In this document: positions 42,301 through 54,983 of the stretch, one piece after another
Position numbering within the stretch: the first letter of the stretch is position 1
Layout of the letters: each line of letters begins with the position of its first letter
Source of the DNA: the human T2T-CHM13v2.0 reference genome, Homo sapiens
Reading direction: 5' to 3' (one strand)
Length of the DNA stretch: 64,000 nucleotides
Assembly: GCF_009914755.1 (NCBI RefSeq)
Contig: NC_060948.1
Translations under genes and position numbers: made by a program
Notes under the pieces: model-generated
What the model was told of the DNA's origin: nothing
Database searches by the model: none
The model's input: only the letters and a program-made list of their open reading frames with translations

Positions 42301-42916
42301 AGGAATGGGATCGAATACAATGGAATATACTGGAATGTAATGTAATGAACTCGAATGCAATTGACTGGAATGGAATGTACATGAATGGAATGTAATCGAA
42401 TGGAAAGTAATCCAATGGAATAGAATCTAATGCAATAAAATCGACTCAGATAGAGTAGAATGTAATGGAATGGAGTGCAGTGCAATGGAATGGAATGGAA
42501 TGGAATGCAATTGAATGGAATGGAATGGAATGGAATGGAATGGAATGGAATGGGATGGAATGGTATGGAATGGATAGTAATGGACTGGAGTGAAATGGAC
42601 TGGAAAGGAATGGACTCAAATTGAAAGGGCTCGAAAGGAATGGAGTCAAATGGAATGGTCTGGAATGGAATGAACAAGAATGTAATGCAATCCAATAGAA
42701 TGGAATCGAATGACATGGAATATAAAGAAATGGAATCGGAGAGAATGGAAACAAATGGAATTGAATTGAATGGAATGGAATTGAATGGTATGGGAACGAA
42801 TGGAGTGAAATTGTATGCAGTAGAAGGGAATAGAATGGAATGCAAGCGAAAGGAAAGGAATGGATTGGAATGGAATGGAATTCATTGGAATGGAAGGGAA
42901 TGTAGTGTAATGGACA
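39349..42916 (+). repeat. DYZ1 unit, 3568 bp
   Basis: GGCC at 39349 and 42917; 1-bp deletion near 42008. Confidence 0.9.
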
Positions 42917-44331
42917 GGCCTGGAATAAAGTGGAATGCTACGGTCTCGAATGGAATAAAAATGTATGGAATGGAATGCAATGAAATGGAATCGAATGTCA
43001 TAGAATGTAATGGAATGCAACAAAATGGAATCCAAAATCATTGACTGGAAAGGCTGGGTGTCGAAAGGAATTGACTCCAATGGAATGGAATCGAATGGAA
43101 TGGAAGTGAATAGAATCGAACTAAATCGAATGGAATGGAATTGATAGGAACGGAATGGAAAGGAATGCAATGATTTGGCATGGAATGGAATCGAATGGCA
43201 TCGAATGGAATGGAATGGAATGCAATGGAATGGAATGTATTAGAATGTAATGAACTTTAATGGAATGTACTCGAATGGATTCGACTGGAATGGAATGTTC
43301 TGGAAGTGAATGGACTCCAATGGAATGGATTCCAAAGGAATGGAATCGTACGGAATGGAATCTAATGGAATGGAATTAAATGGAAATGAATCAAATTGAA
43401 TAGCACGGAATTGAATTGAATGGAATGGAATGCAATGGAATCTAATGAAACGGAAAGGAAAGGAATGGAATGGAATGGAATGGGCTGGAATGGAAAGGAA
43501 TCGAAACGAATGGAATGGAATCGAACTGAAGAGACTGGAATGGAATGCACTGGAATGGAAGGGAGTGTAATGGAAGGTTCTCGAAAAAAATGGAATCGAA
43601 TGGAATGGAATTGAATGGAACGGAATAGAGTCGAATGGAATTGAATGGAATGGAATGGACTAGAGTGAAATGGAATCGAACCACAAGGAATGGACATGAA
43701 TAGAATGGTCTCGAATTGAATGGAATCGTATGGAATGGCATCAAACGGAATGGAATGGACAGCCACGGAATGGAATGCACTCGAATGCAATGGAGTCGAA
43801 ACTAATGGACTGGAATAGAATGGACTCGACTGGTACGGACTCCAATGGAATGGAATCGAATGGAAGGGAATCGAACGGAATGGACTCGAAGGGAAAAGAC
43901 TGCAATGGAAAGGTCTCGAATGGAATGGAAATTAATGGAATGGAATGGAATCGAATGAAATGGAGTCAAAAGGAATGGAATCGAATGGCAAGAAATCGAA
44001 TGTAATGGAATCACAAGGAATTGATGTGAACGGAACGGAATGGAATGGAATCCAAAGGAATGGAATAGAATGGAATGGAATCGAACGGAAAGGACTCGAA
44101 TGGAAATCACTCTAATAGAATGCAATTTAATAAAATAGGATAAAATGTAATGGAATGGAATGGAAGGGAATCGAAACGAAAGGAATGGAGACAGATGGAA
44201 TGGAATGGAACAGAGAGCAATGGTATAGAATGGAATGGAATCATCTGGAATGGAATTGAATGGAATGGAATAATATGAAATGGAATGGAATGGAATTCAT
44301 TGGAATGGAAGGGAATGTAGTGTAATGGACA
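42917..44331 (+). repeat. Truncated DYZ1 unit, 1415 bp, copy 2
   Basis: GGCC at 42917 and 44332; identical junction at 44272-44303. Confidence 0.92.
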
Positions 44332-47300
44332 GGCCTGGAATAAAGTGGAATGCTACGGTCTCGAATGGAATAAAAATGTATGGAATGGAATGCAATGAAA
44401 CGGAATCGAATGTCATAGAATGTAATGGAATGCAAAAAAATGGAATCCAAAATCATTGACTGGAAAGGCTGGGTGTCGAAAGGAATTGACTCCAATGGAA
44501 TGGAATCAAATGGAATGGAAGTGAATAGAATCGAACTAAATCGAATGGAATGGAATTGATAGGAACGGAATGGAAAGGAATGCAATGATTTGGCATGGAA
44601 TGGAATCGAATGGCATCGAATGGAATGGAATGGAATGCAATGGAATGGAATGTATTAGAATGTAATGAACTTTAATGGAATGTACTCGAATGGATTCGAC
44701 TGGAATGGAATGTTCTGGAAGTGAATGGACTCCAATGGAATGGATTCAAAAGGAATGGAATCGTACAGAATGGAATCTAATGGAATGGAATTAAATGGAA
44801 ATGAATCAAATTGAATAGCACGGAATTGAATTGAATGAAATGGAATGCAATGGAATCTAATGAAACGGAAAGGAAAGGAATGGAATGGAATGGAATGGGC
44901 TGGAATGGAAAGGAATCGAAACGAATGGAATGGAATCGAACTGAAGAGACTGGAATGGAATGCACTGGAATGGAAGGGAGTGTAATGGAAGGTTCTCGAA
45001 AAAAATGGAATCGAATGGAATGCAATTGAATGGAACGGAATAGAGTCGAATGGAATTGAATGGAATGGAATGGACTAGAGTGAAATGGAATCGAACCACA
45101 AGGAATGGACAGGAATAGAATGGTCTCGAATTGAATGGAATCGTATGGAATGGCATCAAACGGAATGGAATGGACAGCCACGGAATGGAATGCACTCGAA
45201 TGCAATGGAGTCGAAACTAATGGACTGGAATAGAATGGACTCGACTGGTACGGACTCCAATGGAATGGAATCGAATGGAAGGGAATCGAACGGAATGGAC
45301 TCGAAGGGAAAAGACTGCAATGGAAAGGTCTCGAATGGAATGGAAATTAATGGAATGGAATGGAATCGAATGAAATGGAGTCAAAAGTAATGGAATCGAA
45401 TGGCAAGAAATCGAATGTAATGGAATCGCAAGGAATTGATGTGAACGGAACGGAATGGAATGGAATCCAAAGGAATGGAATAGAATGGAATGGAATCGAA
45501 TGGAAAGGACTCGAATGGAAATCACTCGAATAGAATGCAATTTAATAAAATAGGATCAAATGTAATGGAATGGAATGGAAAGGAATCGAAACGAAAGGAA
45601 TGGAGACAGATGGAATGGAATGGAACAGAGAGCAATGGTATAGAATGGAATGGAATCATCTGGAATGGAATTGAATGGAATGGAATAATATGAAATGGAA
45701 TGGAATGGAATGGAATGGAATGGAATGGAATGCCCTTGAATTAAATGGACTGGAATGGAATGGACTCGAACAGAGTGGAATGGAAAGTGTTGAGATAGAA
45801 TGGAATGGACTCCTTTGGAATGGTCTAGTATGCAATGCAATCGACTGGTAGGGAATCAAAAGGAATGTAATCGAATGGATTGGACTGGAATGCAATGGAC
45901 TCGAATAGATTGGAAACGGAATGCAAAGGAATGGAATGGAATAGTATGGAATGGAATGGAAAGGAATGGAGTGGAATAGACTAGAGTGGAATGGAATGGA
46001 CTGGAAAGCAATGGACTGGAATGGAACTTTCTTGAATGGACTGGAATCAAACGGAATGGAATGCAATGCAATCAAATGGCATGGAATAAAATAGAATGAA
46101 AGAGAATCAAATGGAATTGAATCGAATGGAATCCAATGGATTGGAAAGGAATAGAATGGAATGGAATGGAATTGACTCAAATGGAATGGACTAGAATGGA
46201 ATGGATTCGAATGGAAGGCAAAGGAATGGAATCTATTGGAATGGACTGTAATGGAATGGAATGGAAGGGATTGGAATGGACTCGAATGGAATGGACTGCA
46301 ATAGAAAGGATTCGAATGGAATGAAAAAGAATTGAATGGAATAGAACAGAATGGAATCAAATCGAATGAAATGGAATGGAATAGAAAGGAATGGAATGAA
46401 ATGGAATGGAAAGGATTCGAATGGAATGCAATCGAATGGAATGGAATCGAACGGAATGGAATAAAATGGAAGAAAACTGGCAAGAAATGGAATCGAAATG
46501 AATGGAGTGTTATGGAACGGACTCAAAAGGAATTGAATGTAATAGAATGGAGTGGAGTGGACTCGAATATAATGGACTGGAATGGAATGAAATCACATGG
46601 AATGGGAACGAATGGAATGGAATGGAAAGGAATGGAATCGAATGGAAAGGAATCGAATGGAAGGGAATGAAATTGAATCAACAGGAATGGAAGGGAATAG
46701 AATAGACGGTAATGGAATGGACTCGAATAGAATGGACACGAATGCTCAATTTGAATGGACTCGAATGGAATGGAAACGAAAGGAATGTCATCGAATGGAA
46801 TTGAATCGATTGGAATGAAATCGCATAGAATGGAGTGGAATCAAATGGAATTGAATCGAAAGGAAAGGAAGCGAATGGACTGAAATGAAATGGAATGGAA
46901 TTGAATGGAAAGTAATGCAATGGAATAGAATGGAACGAAATTTCACGGAATGGAATCAAACTGAATGGAATCAAATCAATGGAATCAAATCAAATGGAAT
47001 GGAAAGGAATTGAATGGAGTAGATTGGATTGGATGGGATTGGAATGAAATGTACTGGAAAGGACTCGAATTTCATGAAACGGAATGGAATGAATTGGAAC
47101 GGAATGGACTCGAATGGAATGGAATGTCATGGAATGGCATCAAATGGAATGGCATCAAATGGAATGGAATCGAATGGAATGGAATGCATTGGAATGGAAT
47201 GTCCTCTAATGGAATGGATTCGAGTGGAATGGAATCGAATATAATGGAGTCGAATGAAATGGAATTGAAAGGAATGGGATCGAATACAATGGAATATACT

Positions 47301-47880
47301 GGAATGTAATGTAATGAACTCGAATGTAATTGACTGGAATGGAATGTACGTGAATGGAATGTAATCGAATGGAAAGTAATCCAATGGAATAGAATCTAAT
47401 GCAATAAAATCGACTCAGATAGAGTAGAATGTAATGGAATGGAGTGCAGTGCAATGGAATGGAATGGAATGGAATGCAATTGAATGGAATGGAATGGAAT
47501 GGAATGGAATGGAATGGGATGGAATGGTATGGAATAGATAGTAATGGACTGGAGTTAAATGGACTGGAAAGGAATGGACTCAAATTGAAAGGGCTCGAAA
47601 GGAATGGAGTCAAATGGAATGGTCTGGAATGGAATGAACACGAATGTAATGCAATCCAATAGAATGGAATCGAATGGCATGGAATATAAAGAAATGGAAT
47701 CAGAGAGAATGGAAACAAATGGAATGGAATTGAATGGAATGGAATTGAATGGAATGGGAACGAATGGAGTGAAATTGTATGCAGTATAAGGGAATAGAAT
47801 GGAATGCAAGCGAGAGGAAAGGAATGGATTGGAATGGAATGGAATTCATTGGAATGGAAGGGAATGTAGTGTAATGGACA
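44332..47880 (+). repeat. DYZ1 unit, 3549 bp
   Basis: GGCC at 44332 and 47881; 20-bp deletion near 47175. Confidence 0.9.
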
Positions 47881-50800
47881 GGCCTGGAATAAAGTGGAAT
47901 GCTACGGTCTCGAATGGAATAAAAATGTATGGAATGGAATGCAATGAAATGGAATCGAATGTCATAGAATGTAATGGAATGCAACAAAATGGAATCCAAT
48001 ATCATTGACTGGAAAGGCTGGGTGTCGAAAGGAATTGACTCCAATGGAATGGAATCGAATGGAATGGAAGTGAATAGAATCGAACTAAATCGAATGGAAT
48101 GGAATTGATAGGAACGGAATGGAAAGGAATGCAATGATTTGGCATGGAATGGAATCGAATGGCATCGAATGGAATGGAATGGAATGCAATGGAATGGAAT
48201 GTATTAGAATGTAATGAACTTTAATGGAATGTACTCGAATGGATTCGACTGGAATGGAATGTTCTGGAAGTGAATGGACTCCAATGGAATGGATTCAAAA
48301 GGAATGGAATCGTACGGAATGGAATCTAATGGAATGGAATTAAATGGAAATGAATCAAATTGAATAGCACGGAATTGAATTGAATGGAATGGAATGCAAT
48401 GGAATCTAATGAAACGGAAAGGAAAGGAATGGAATGGAATGGAATGGGCTGGAATGGAAAGGAATCGAAACGAATGGAATGGAATCGAACTGAAGAGACT
48501 GGAATGGAATGCACTGGAATGGAAGGGAGTGTAATGGAAGGTTCTCGAAAAAAATGGAATCGAATGGAATGGAATTGAATGGAACGGAATAGAGTCGAAT
48601 GGAATTGAATGGAATGGAATGGACTAGAGTGAAATGGAATCGAACCACAAGGAATGGAGAGGAATAGAATGGTCTCGAATTGAATGGAATCGTATGGAAT
48701 GGCATCAAACGGAATGGAATGGACAGCCACGGAATGGAATGCACTCGAATGCAATGGAGTCGAAACTAATGGACTGGAATAGAATGGACTCGACTGGTAC
48801 GGACTCCAATGGAATGGAATCGAATGGAAGGGAATCGAACGGAATGGACTCGAAGGGAAAAGACTGCAATGGAAAGGTCTCGAATGGAATGGAAATTAAT
48901 GGAATGGAATGGAATCGAATGAAATGGAGTCAAAAGGAATGGAATCGAATGGCAAGAAATCGAATGTAATGGAATCGCAAGGAATTGATGTGAACGGAAC
49001 GGAATGGAATGGAATCCAAAGGAATGGAATAGAATGGAATGGAATCGAATGGAAAGGACTCGAATGGAAATCACTCGAATAGAATGCAATTTAATAAAAT
49101 AGGATCAAATGTAATGGAATGGAATGGAAAGGAATCGAAACGAAAGGAATGGAGACAGATGGAATGGAATGGAACAGAGAGCAATGGTATAGAATGGAAT
49201 GGAATCATCTGGAATGGAATTGAATGGAATGGAATAATATGAAATGGAATGGAATGGAATGGAATGGAATGCCCTTGAATTAAATGGACTGGAATGGAAT
49301 GGACTCGAACAGAGTGGAATGGAAAGTGTTGAGATAGAATGGAATGGACTCCTTTGGAATGGTCTAGTATGCAATGCAATCGACTGGCAGGGAATCAAAA
49401 GGAATGTAATCGAATGGATTGGACTGGAATGCAATGGACTCGAATAGATTGGAAACGGAATGCAAAGGAATGGAATGGAATAGTATGGAATGGAATGGAA
49501 AGGAATGGAGTGGAATAGACTAGAGTGGAATGGAATGGACTGGAAAGCAATGGACTGGAATGGAACTTTCTTGAATGGACTGGAATCAAACGGAATGGAA
49601 TGCAATGCAATCAAATGGCATGGAATAAAATAGAATGAAAGAGAATCAAATGGAATTGAATCGAATGGAATCGAATGGATTGGAAAGGAATAGAATGGAA
49701 TGGAATGGAATTGACTCAAATGGAATGGACTAGAATGGAATGGATTCGAATGGAAGGCAAAGGAATGGAATCTATTGGAATGGACTGTAATGGAATGGAA
49801 TGGAAGGGATTGGAATGGACTCGAATGGAATGGACTGCAATAGAAAGGATTCGAATGGAATGAAAAAGAATTGAATGGAATAGAACAGAATGGAATCAAA
49901 TCGAATGAAATGGAATGGAATAGAAAGGAATGGAATGAAATGGAATGGAAAGGATTCGAATGGAATGCAATCGAATGGAATGGAATCGAACGGAATGGAA
50001 TAAAATGGAAGAAAACTGGCAAGAAATGGAATCGAAATGAATGGAGTGTTATGGAACGGACTCAAAAGGAATTGAATGTAATAGAATGGAGTGGAGTGGA
50101 CTCGAATATAATGGACTGGAATGGAATGAAATCACATGGAATGGGAACGAATGGAATGGAATGGAAAGGAATGGAATCGAATGGAAAGGAATCGAATGGA
50201 AGGGAATGAAATTGAATCAACAGGAATGGAAGGGAATAGAATAGACGGTAATGGAATGGACTCGAATAGAATGGACACGAATGTTCAAATTGAATGGACT
50301 CGAATGGAATGGAAACGAAAGGAATGTCATCGAATGGAATTGAATCGATTGGAATGAAATCGCATAGAATGGAGTGGAATCAAATGGAATTGAATCGAAA
50401 GGAAAGGAAGCGAATGGACTGAAATGAAATGGAATGGAATTGAATGGAAAGTAATGCAATGGAATAGAATGGAACGAAATTTCACGGAATGGAATCAAAC
50501 TGAATGGAATCAAATCAATGGAATCAAATCAAATGGAATGGAAAGGAATTGAATGGAGTAGATGGGATTGGATGGGATTGGAATGAAATGTACTGGAAAG
50601 GACTCGAATTTCATGAAACGGAATGGAATGAATTGGAACGGAATGGACTCGAATGGAATGGAATGTCATGGAATGGCATCGAATGGAATGGCATCAAATG
50701 GAATGGAATCGACTGCAATGGAATGTTATGGAATGGAATGGAATGCATTGGAATGGAATGTCCTCTAATGGAATGGATTCGAGTGGAATGGAATCGAATA

Positions 50801-51439
50801 TAATGGAGTCGAATGAAATGGAATTGAAAGGAATGGGATCGAATAGAATGGAATATACTGGAATGTAATGTAATGAACACGAATGTAATTGACTGGAATG
50901 GAATGTACATGAATGGAAGGTAATCGAATGGAAAGTAATCCAATGGAATAGAATCTAATGCAATAAAACCGACTCAGATAGAGTAGAATGTAATGGAATG
51001 GAGTGCAGTGCAATGGAATGGAATGGAATTGAATGCAATGGAATGGAATGGAATGGAATGGAATGGGATGGAATGGGATGGAATGGTATGGAATGGATAG
51101 AAATGGACTGGAGTGAAATGGACTGGAAAGGAATGCACTCAAATTGAAAGGGCTCGAAAGGAATGGAGTCAAATGGAATGGTCTGGAATGGAATGAACAC
51201 GAATGTAATGCAATCCAATAGAATGGAATCGAATGGCATGGAATATAAAGAAATGGATTCGAAGAGAATGGAAACAAATGGAATGGAATTGAATGGAATG
51301 GAATTGAATGGAATGGGAACGAATGGAGTGAAATTGTATGCAGTAGAAGGGAATAGAATGGAATGCAAGCGAAAGGAAAGGAATGGATTGGAATGGAATG
51401 GAATTCATTGGAATGGAAGGGAATGTAGTGTAATGGACA
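47881..51439 (+). repeat. DYZ1 unit, 3559 bp
   Basis: GGCC at 47881 and 51440. Confidence 0.9.
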
Positions 51440-54400
51440 GGCCTGGAATAAAGTGGAATGCTACGGTCTCGAATGGAATAAAAATGTATGGAATGGAATG
51501 CAATGAAACGGAATCGAATGTCATAGAATGTAATGGAATGCAAAAAAATGGAATCCAAAATCATTGACTGGAAAGGCTGGGTGTCGAAAGGAATTGACTC
51601 CAATGGAATGGAATCGAATGGAATGGAAGTGAATAGAATCGAACTAAATCGAATGGAATGGAATTGATAGGAACGGAATGGAAAGGAATGCAATGATTTG
51701 GCATGGAATGGAATCGAATGGCATCGAATGGAATGGAATGGAATGCAATGGAATGGAATGTATTAGAATGTAATGAACTTTAATGGAACGTACTCGAATG
51801 GATTCGACTGGAATGGAATGTTCTGGAAGTGAATGGACTCCAATGGAATGGATTCAAAAGGAATGGAATTGTACGGAATGGAATCTAATGGAATGGAATT
51901 AAATGGAAATGAATCAAATTGAATAGCACGGAATTGAATTGAATGGAATGGAATGCAATGGAATCTAATGAAACGGAAAGGAAAGGAATGGAATGGAATG
52001 GAATGGGCTGGAATGGAAAGGAATCGAAACGAATGGAATGGAATCGAACTGAAGAGACTGGAATGGAATGCACTGGAATGGAAGGGAGTGTAATGGAAGG
52101 TTCTCGAAAAAAATGGAATCGAATGGAATGGAATTGAATGGAACGGAATAGAGTCGAATGGAATTGAATGGAATGGAATGGACTAGAGTGAAATGGAATC
52201 GAACCACAAGGAATGGACAGGAATAGAATGGTCTCGAATTGAATGGAATCGTATGGAATGGCATCAAACGGAATGGAATGGACAGCCACGGAATGGAATG
52301 CACTCGAATGCAATGGAGTCGAAACTAATGGACTGGAATAGAATGGACTCGACTGGTACGGACTCCAATGGAATGGAATCGAATGGAAGGGAATCGAACG
52401 GAATGGACTCGAAGGGAAAAGACTGCAATGGAAAGGTCTCGAATGGAATGGAAATTAATGGAATGGAATGGAATCGAATGAAATGGAGTCAAAAGGAATG
52501 GAATCGAATGGCAAGAAATCGAATGTAATGGAATCGCAAGGAATTGATGTGAACGGAACGGAATGGAATGGAATCCAAAGGAATGGAATAGAATGGAATG
52601 GAATCGAATGGAAAGGACTCGAATGGAAATCACTCGAATAGAATGCAATTTAATAAAATAGGATCAAATGTAATGGATTGGAATGGAAAGGAATCGAAAC
52701 GAAAGGAATGGAGACAGATGGAATGGAATAGAACAGAGAGCAATGGTATAGAATGGAATGGAATCATCTGGAATGGAATTGAATGGAATGGAATAATATG
52801 AAATGGAATGGAATGGAATGGAATGGAATGCCCTTGAATTAAATGGACTGGAATGGAATGGACTCGAACAGAGTGGAATGGAAAGTGTTGAGATAGAATG
52901 GAATGGACTCCTTTGGAATGGTGTAGTATGCAATGCAATCGACTGGCAGGGAATCAAATGGAATGTAATCGAATGGATTGGACTGGAATGCAATGGACTC
53001 GAATAGATTGCAAACGGAATGCAAAGGAATGGAATGGAATAGTATGGAATGGAATGGAAAGGAATGGAGTGGAATAGACTAGAGTGGAATGGAATGGACT
53101 GGAAAGCAATGGACTGGAATGGAACTTTCTTGAATGGACTGGAATCAAACGGAATGGAATGCAATGCAATCAAATGGCATGGAATAAAATAGAATGAAAG
53201 AGAATCAAATGGAATTGAATCGAATGGAATCGAATGGATTGGAAAGGAATAGAATGGAATGGAATGGAATGGACTCAAATGGAATGGACTAGAATGGAAT
53301 GGATTCGAATGGAAGGCAAAGGAATGGAATCTATTGGAATGGACTGTAATGGAATGGAATGGAAGTGATTGGAATGGACTCGAATGGAATGGACTGCAAT
53401 AGAAAGGATTCGAATGGAATGAAAAAGAATTGAATGGAATAGAACAGAATGGAATCAAATCGAATGAAATGGAATGGAATAGAAAGGAATGGAATGAAAT
53501 GGAATGGAAAGGATTCGAATGGAATGCAATCGAATGGAATGGAATCGAACGGAATGGAATAAAATGGAAGAAAACTGGCAAGAAATGGAATCGAAATGAA
53601 TGGAGTGTTATGGAACGGACTCAAAAGGAATTGAATGTAATAGAATGGAGTGGAGTGGACTCGAATATAATGGACTGGAATGGAATGAAATCACATGGAA
53701 TGGGAACGAATGGAATGGAATGGAAAGGAATGGAATCGAATGGAAAGGAATCGAATGGAAGGGAATGAAATTGAATCAACAGGAATGGAAGGGAATAGAA
53801 TAGACGGTAATGGAATGGACTCGAATAGAATGGACACGAATGCTCAAATTGAATGGACTCGAATGGAATGGAAACGAAAGGAATGTCATCGAATGGAATT
53901 GAATCGATTGGAATGAAATCGCATAGAATGGAGTGGAATCAAATGGAATTGAATCGAAAGGAAAGGAAGCGAATGGACTGAAATGAAATGGAATGGAATT
54001 GAATGGAAAGTAATGCAATGGAATAGAATGGAACGAAATTTCACGGAATGGAATCAAACTGAATGGAATCAAATCAATGGAATCAAATCAAATGGAATGG
54101 AAAGGAATTGAATGGAGTAGATGGGATTGGATGGGATTGGAATGAAATGTACTGGAAAGGACTCGAATTTCATGAAACGGAATGGAATGAATTGGAACGG
54201 AATGGACTCGAATGGAATGGAATGTCATGGAATGGCATCAAATGGAATGGCATCAAATGGAATGGAATCGAATGCAATGGAATGCTATGGAATGGAATGG
54301 AATGCATTGGAATGGAATGTCCTCTAATGGAATGGATTCGAGTGGAATGGAATCGAATATAATGGAGTCGAATGAAATGGAATTGAAAGGAATGGGATCG

Positions 54401-54983
54401 AATACAATGGAATATACTGGAATGTAATGTAATGAACGCGAATGTAATTGACTGGAATGGAATGTACATGAATGGAATGTAATCGAATGGAAAGTAATCC
54501 AATGGAATAGAATCTAATGCAATAAAATCGACTCAGATAGAGTAGAATGTAATGGAATGGAGTGCAGTGCAATGGAATGGAATGGAATGGAATGCAATGG
54601 AATGGAATGGGATGGAATGGAATGGAATTGAATGGGATGGAATGGTATGGAATGGACAGTAATGGACTGGAGTGAAATGGACTGGAAAGGAATGGACTCA
54701 AATTGAAAGGGCTCGAAAGGAATGGAGACAAATGGAATGGTCTGGAATGGAATGAACACGAATGTAATGCAACCCAATAGAATGGAGTCGAATGGCATGG
54801 AATATAAAGAAATGGAATCGAAGAGAATGGAAACAAATGGAATGGAATTGAATGGAATGGGAACGAATGGAGTGAAATTGTATGCAGTAGAAGAGAATAG
54901 AATGGAATGCAAGCGAAAGGAAAGGAATGGATTGGAATGGAATGGAATTCATTGGAATGGAAGGGAATGTAGTGTAATGGACA
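51440..54983 (+). repeat. DYZ1 unit, 3544 bp
   Basis: GGCC at 51440 and 54984. Confidence 0.9.

Noticed and set aside
33500-50600. Perfect 8562-bp tandem higher-order repeat
   Set aside because: Shared variants extend only ~4.8 kb; 38.4-42 kb and 47-50.6 kb carry different marker sets.
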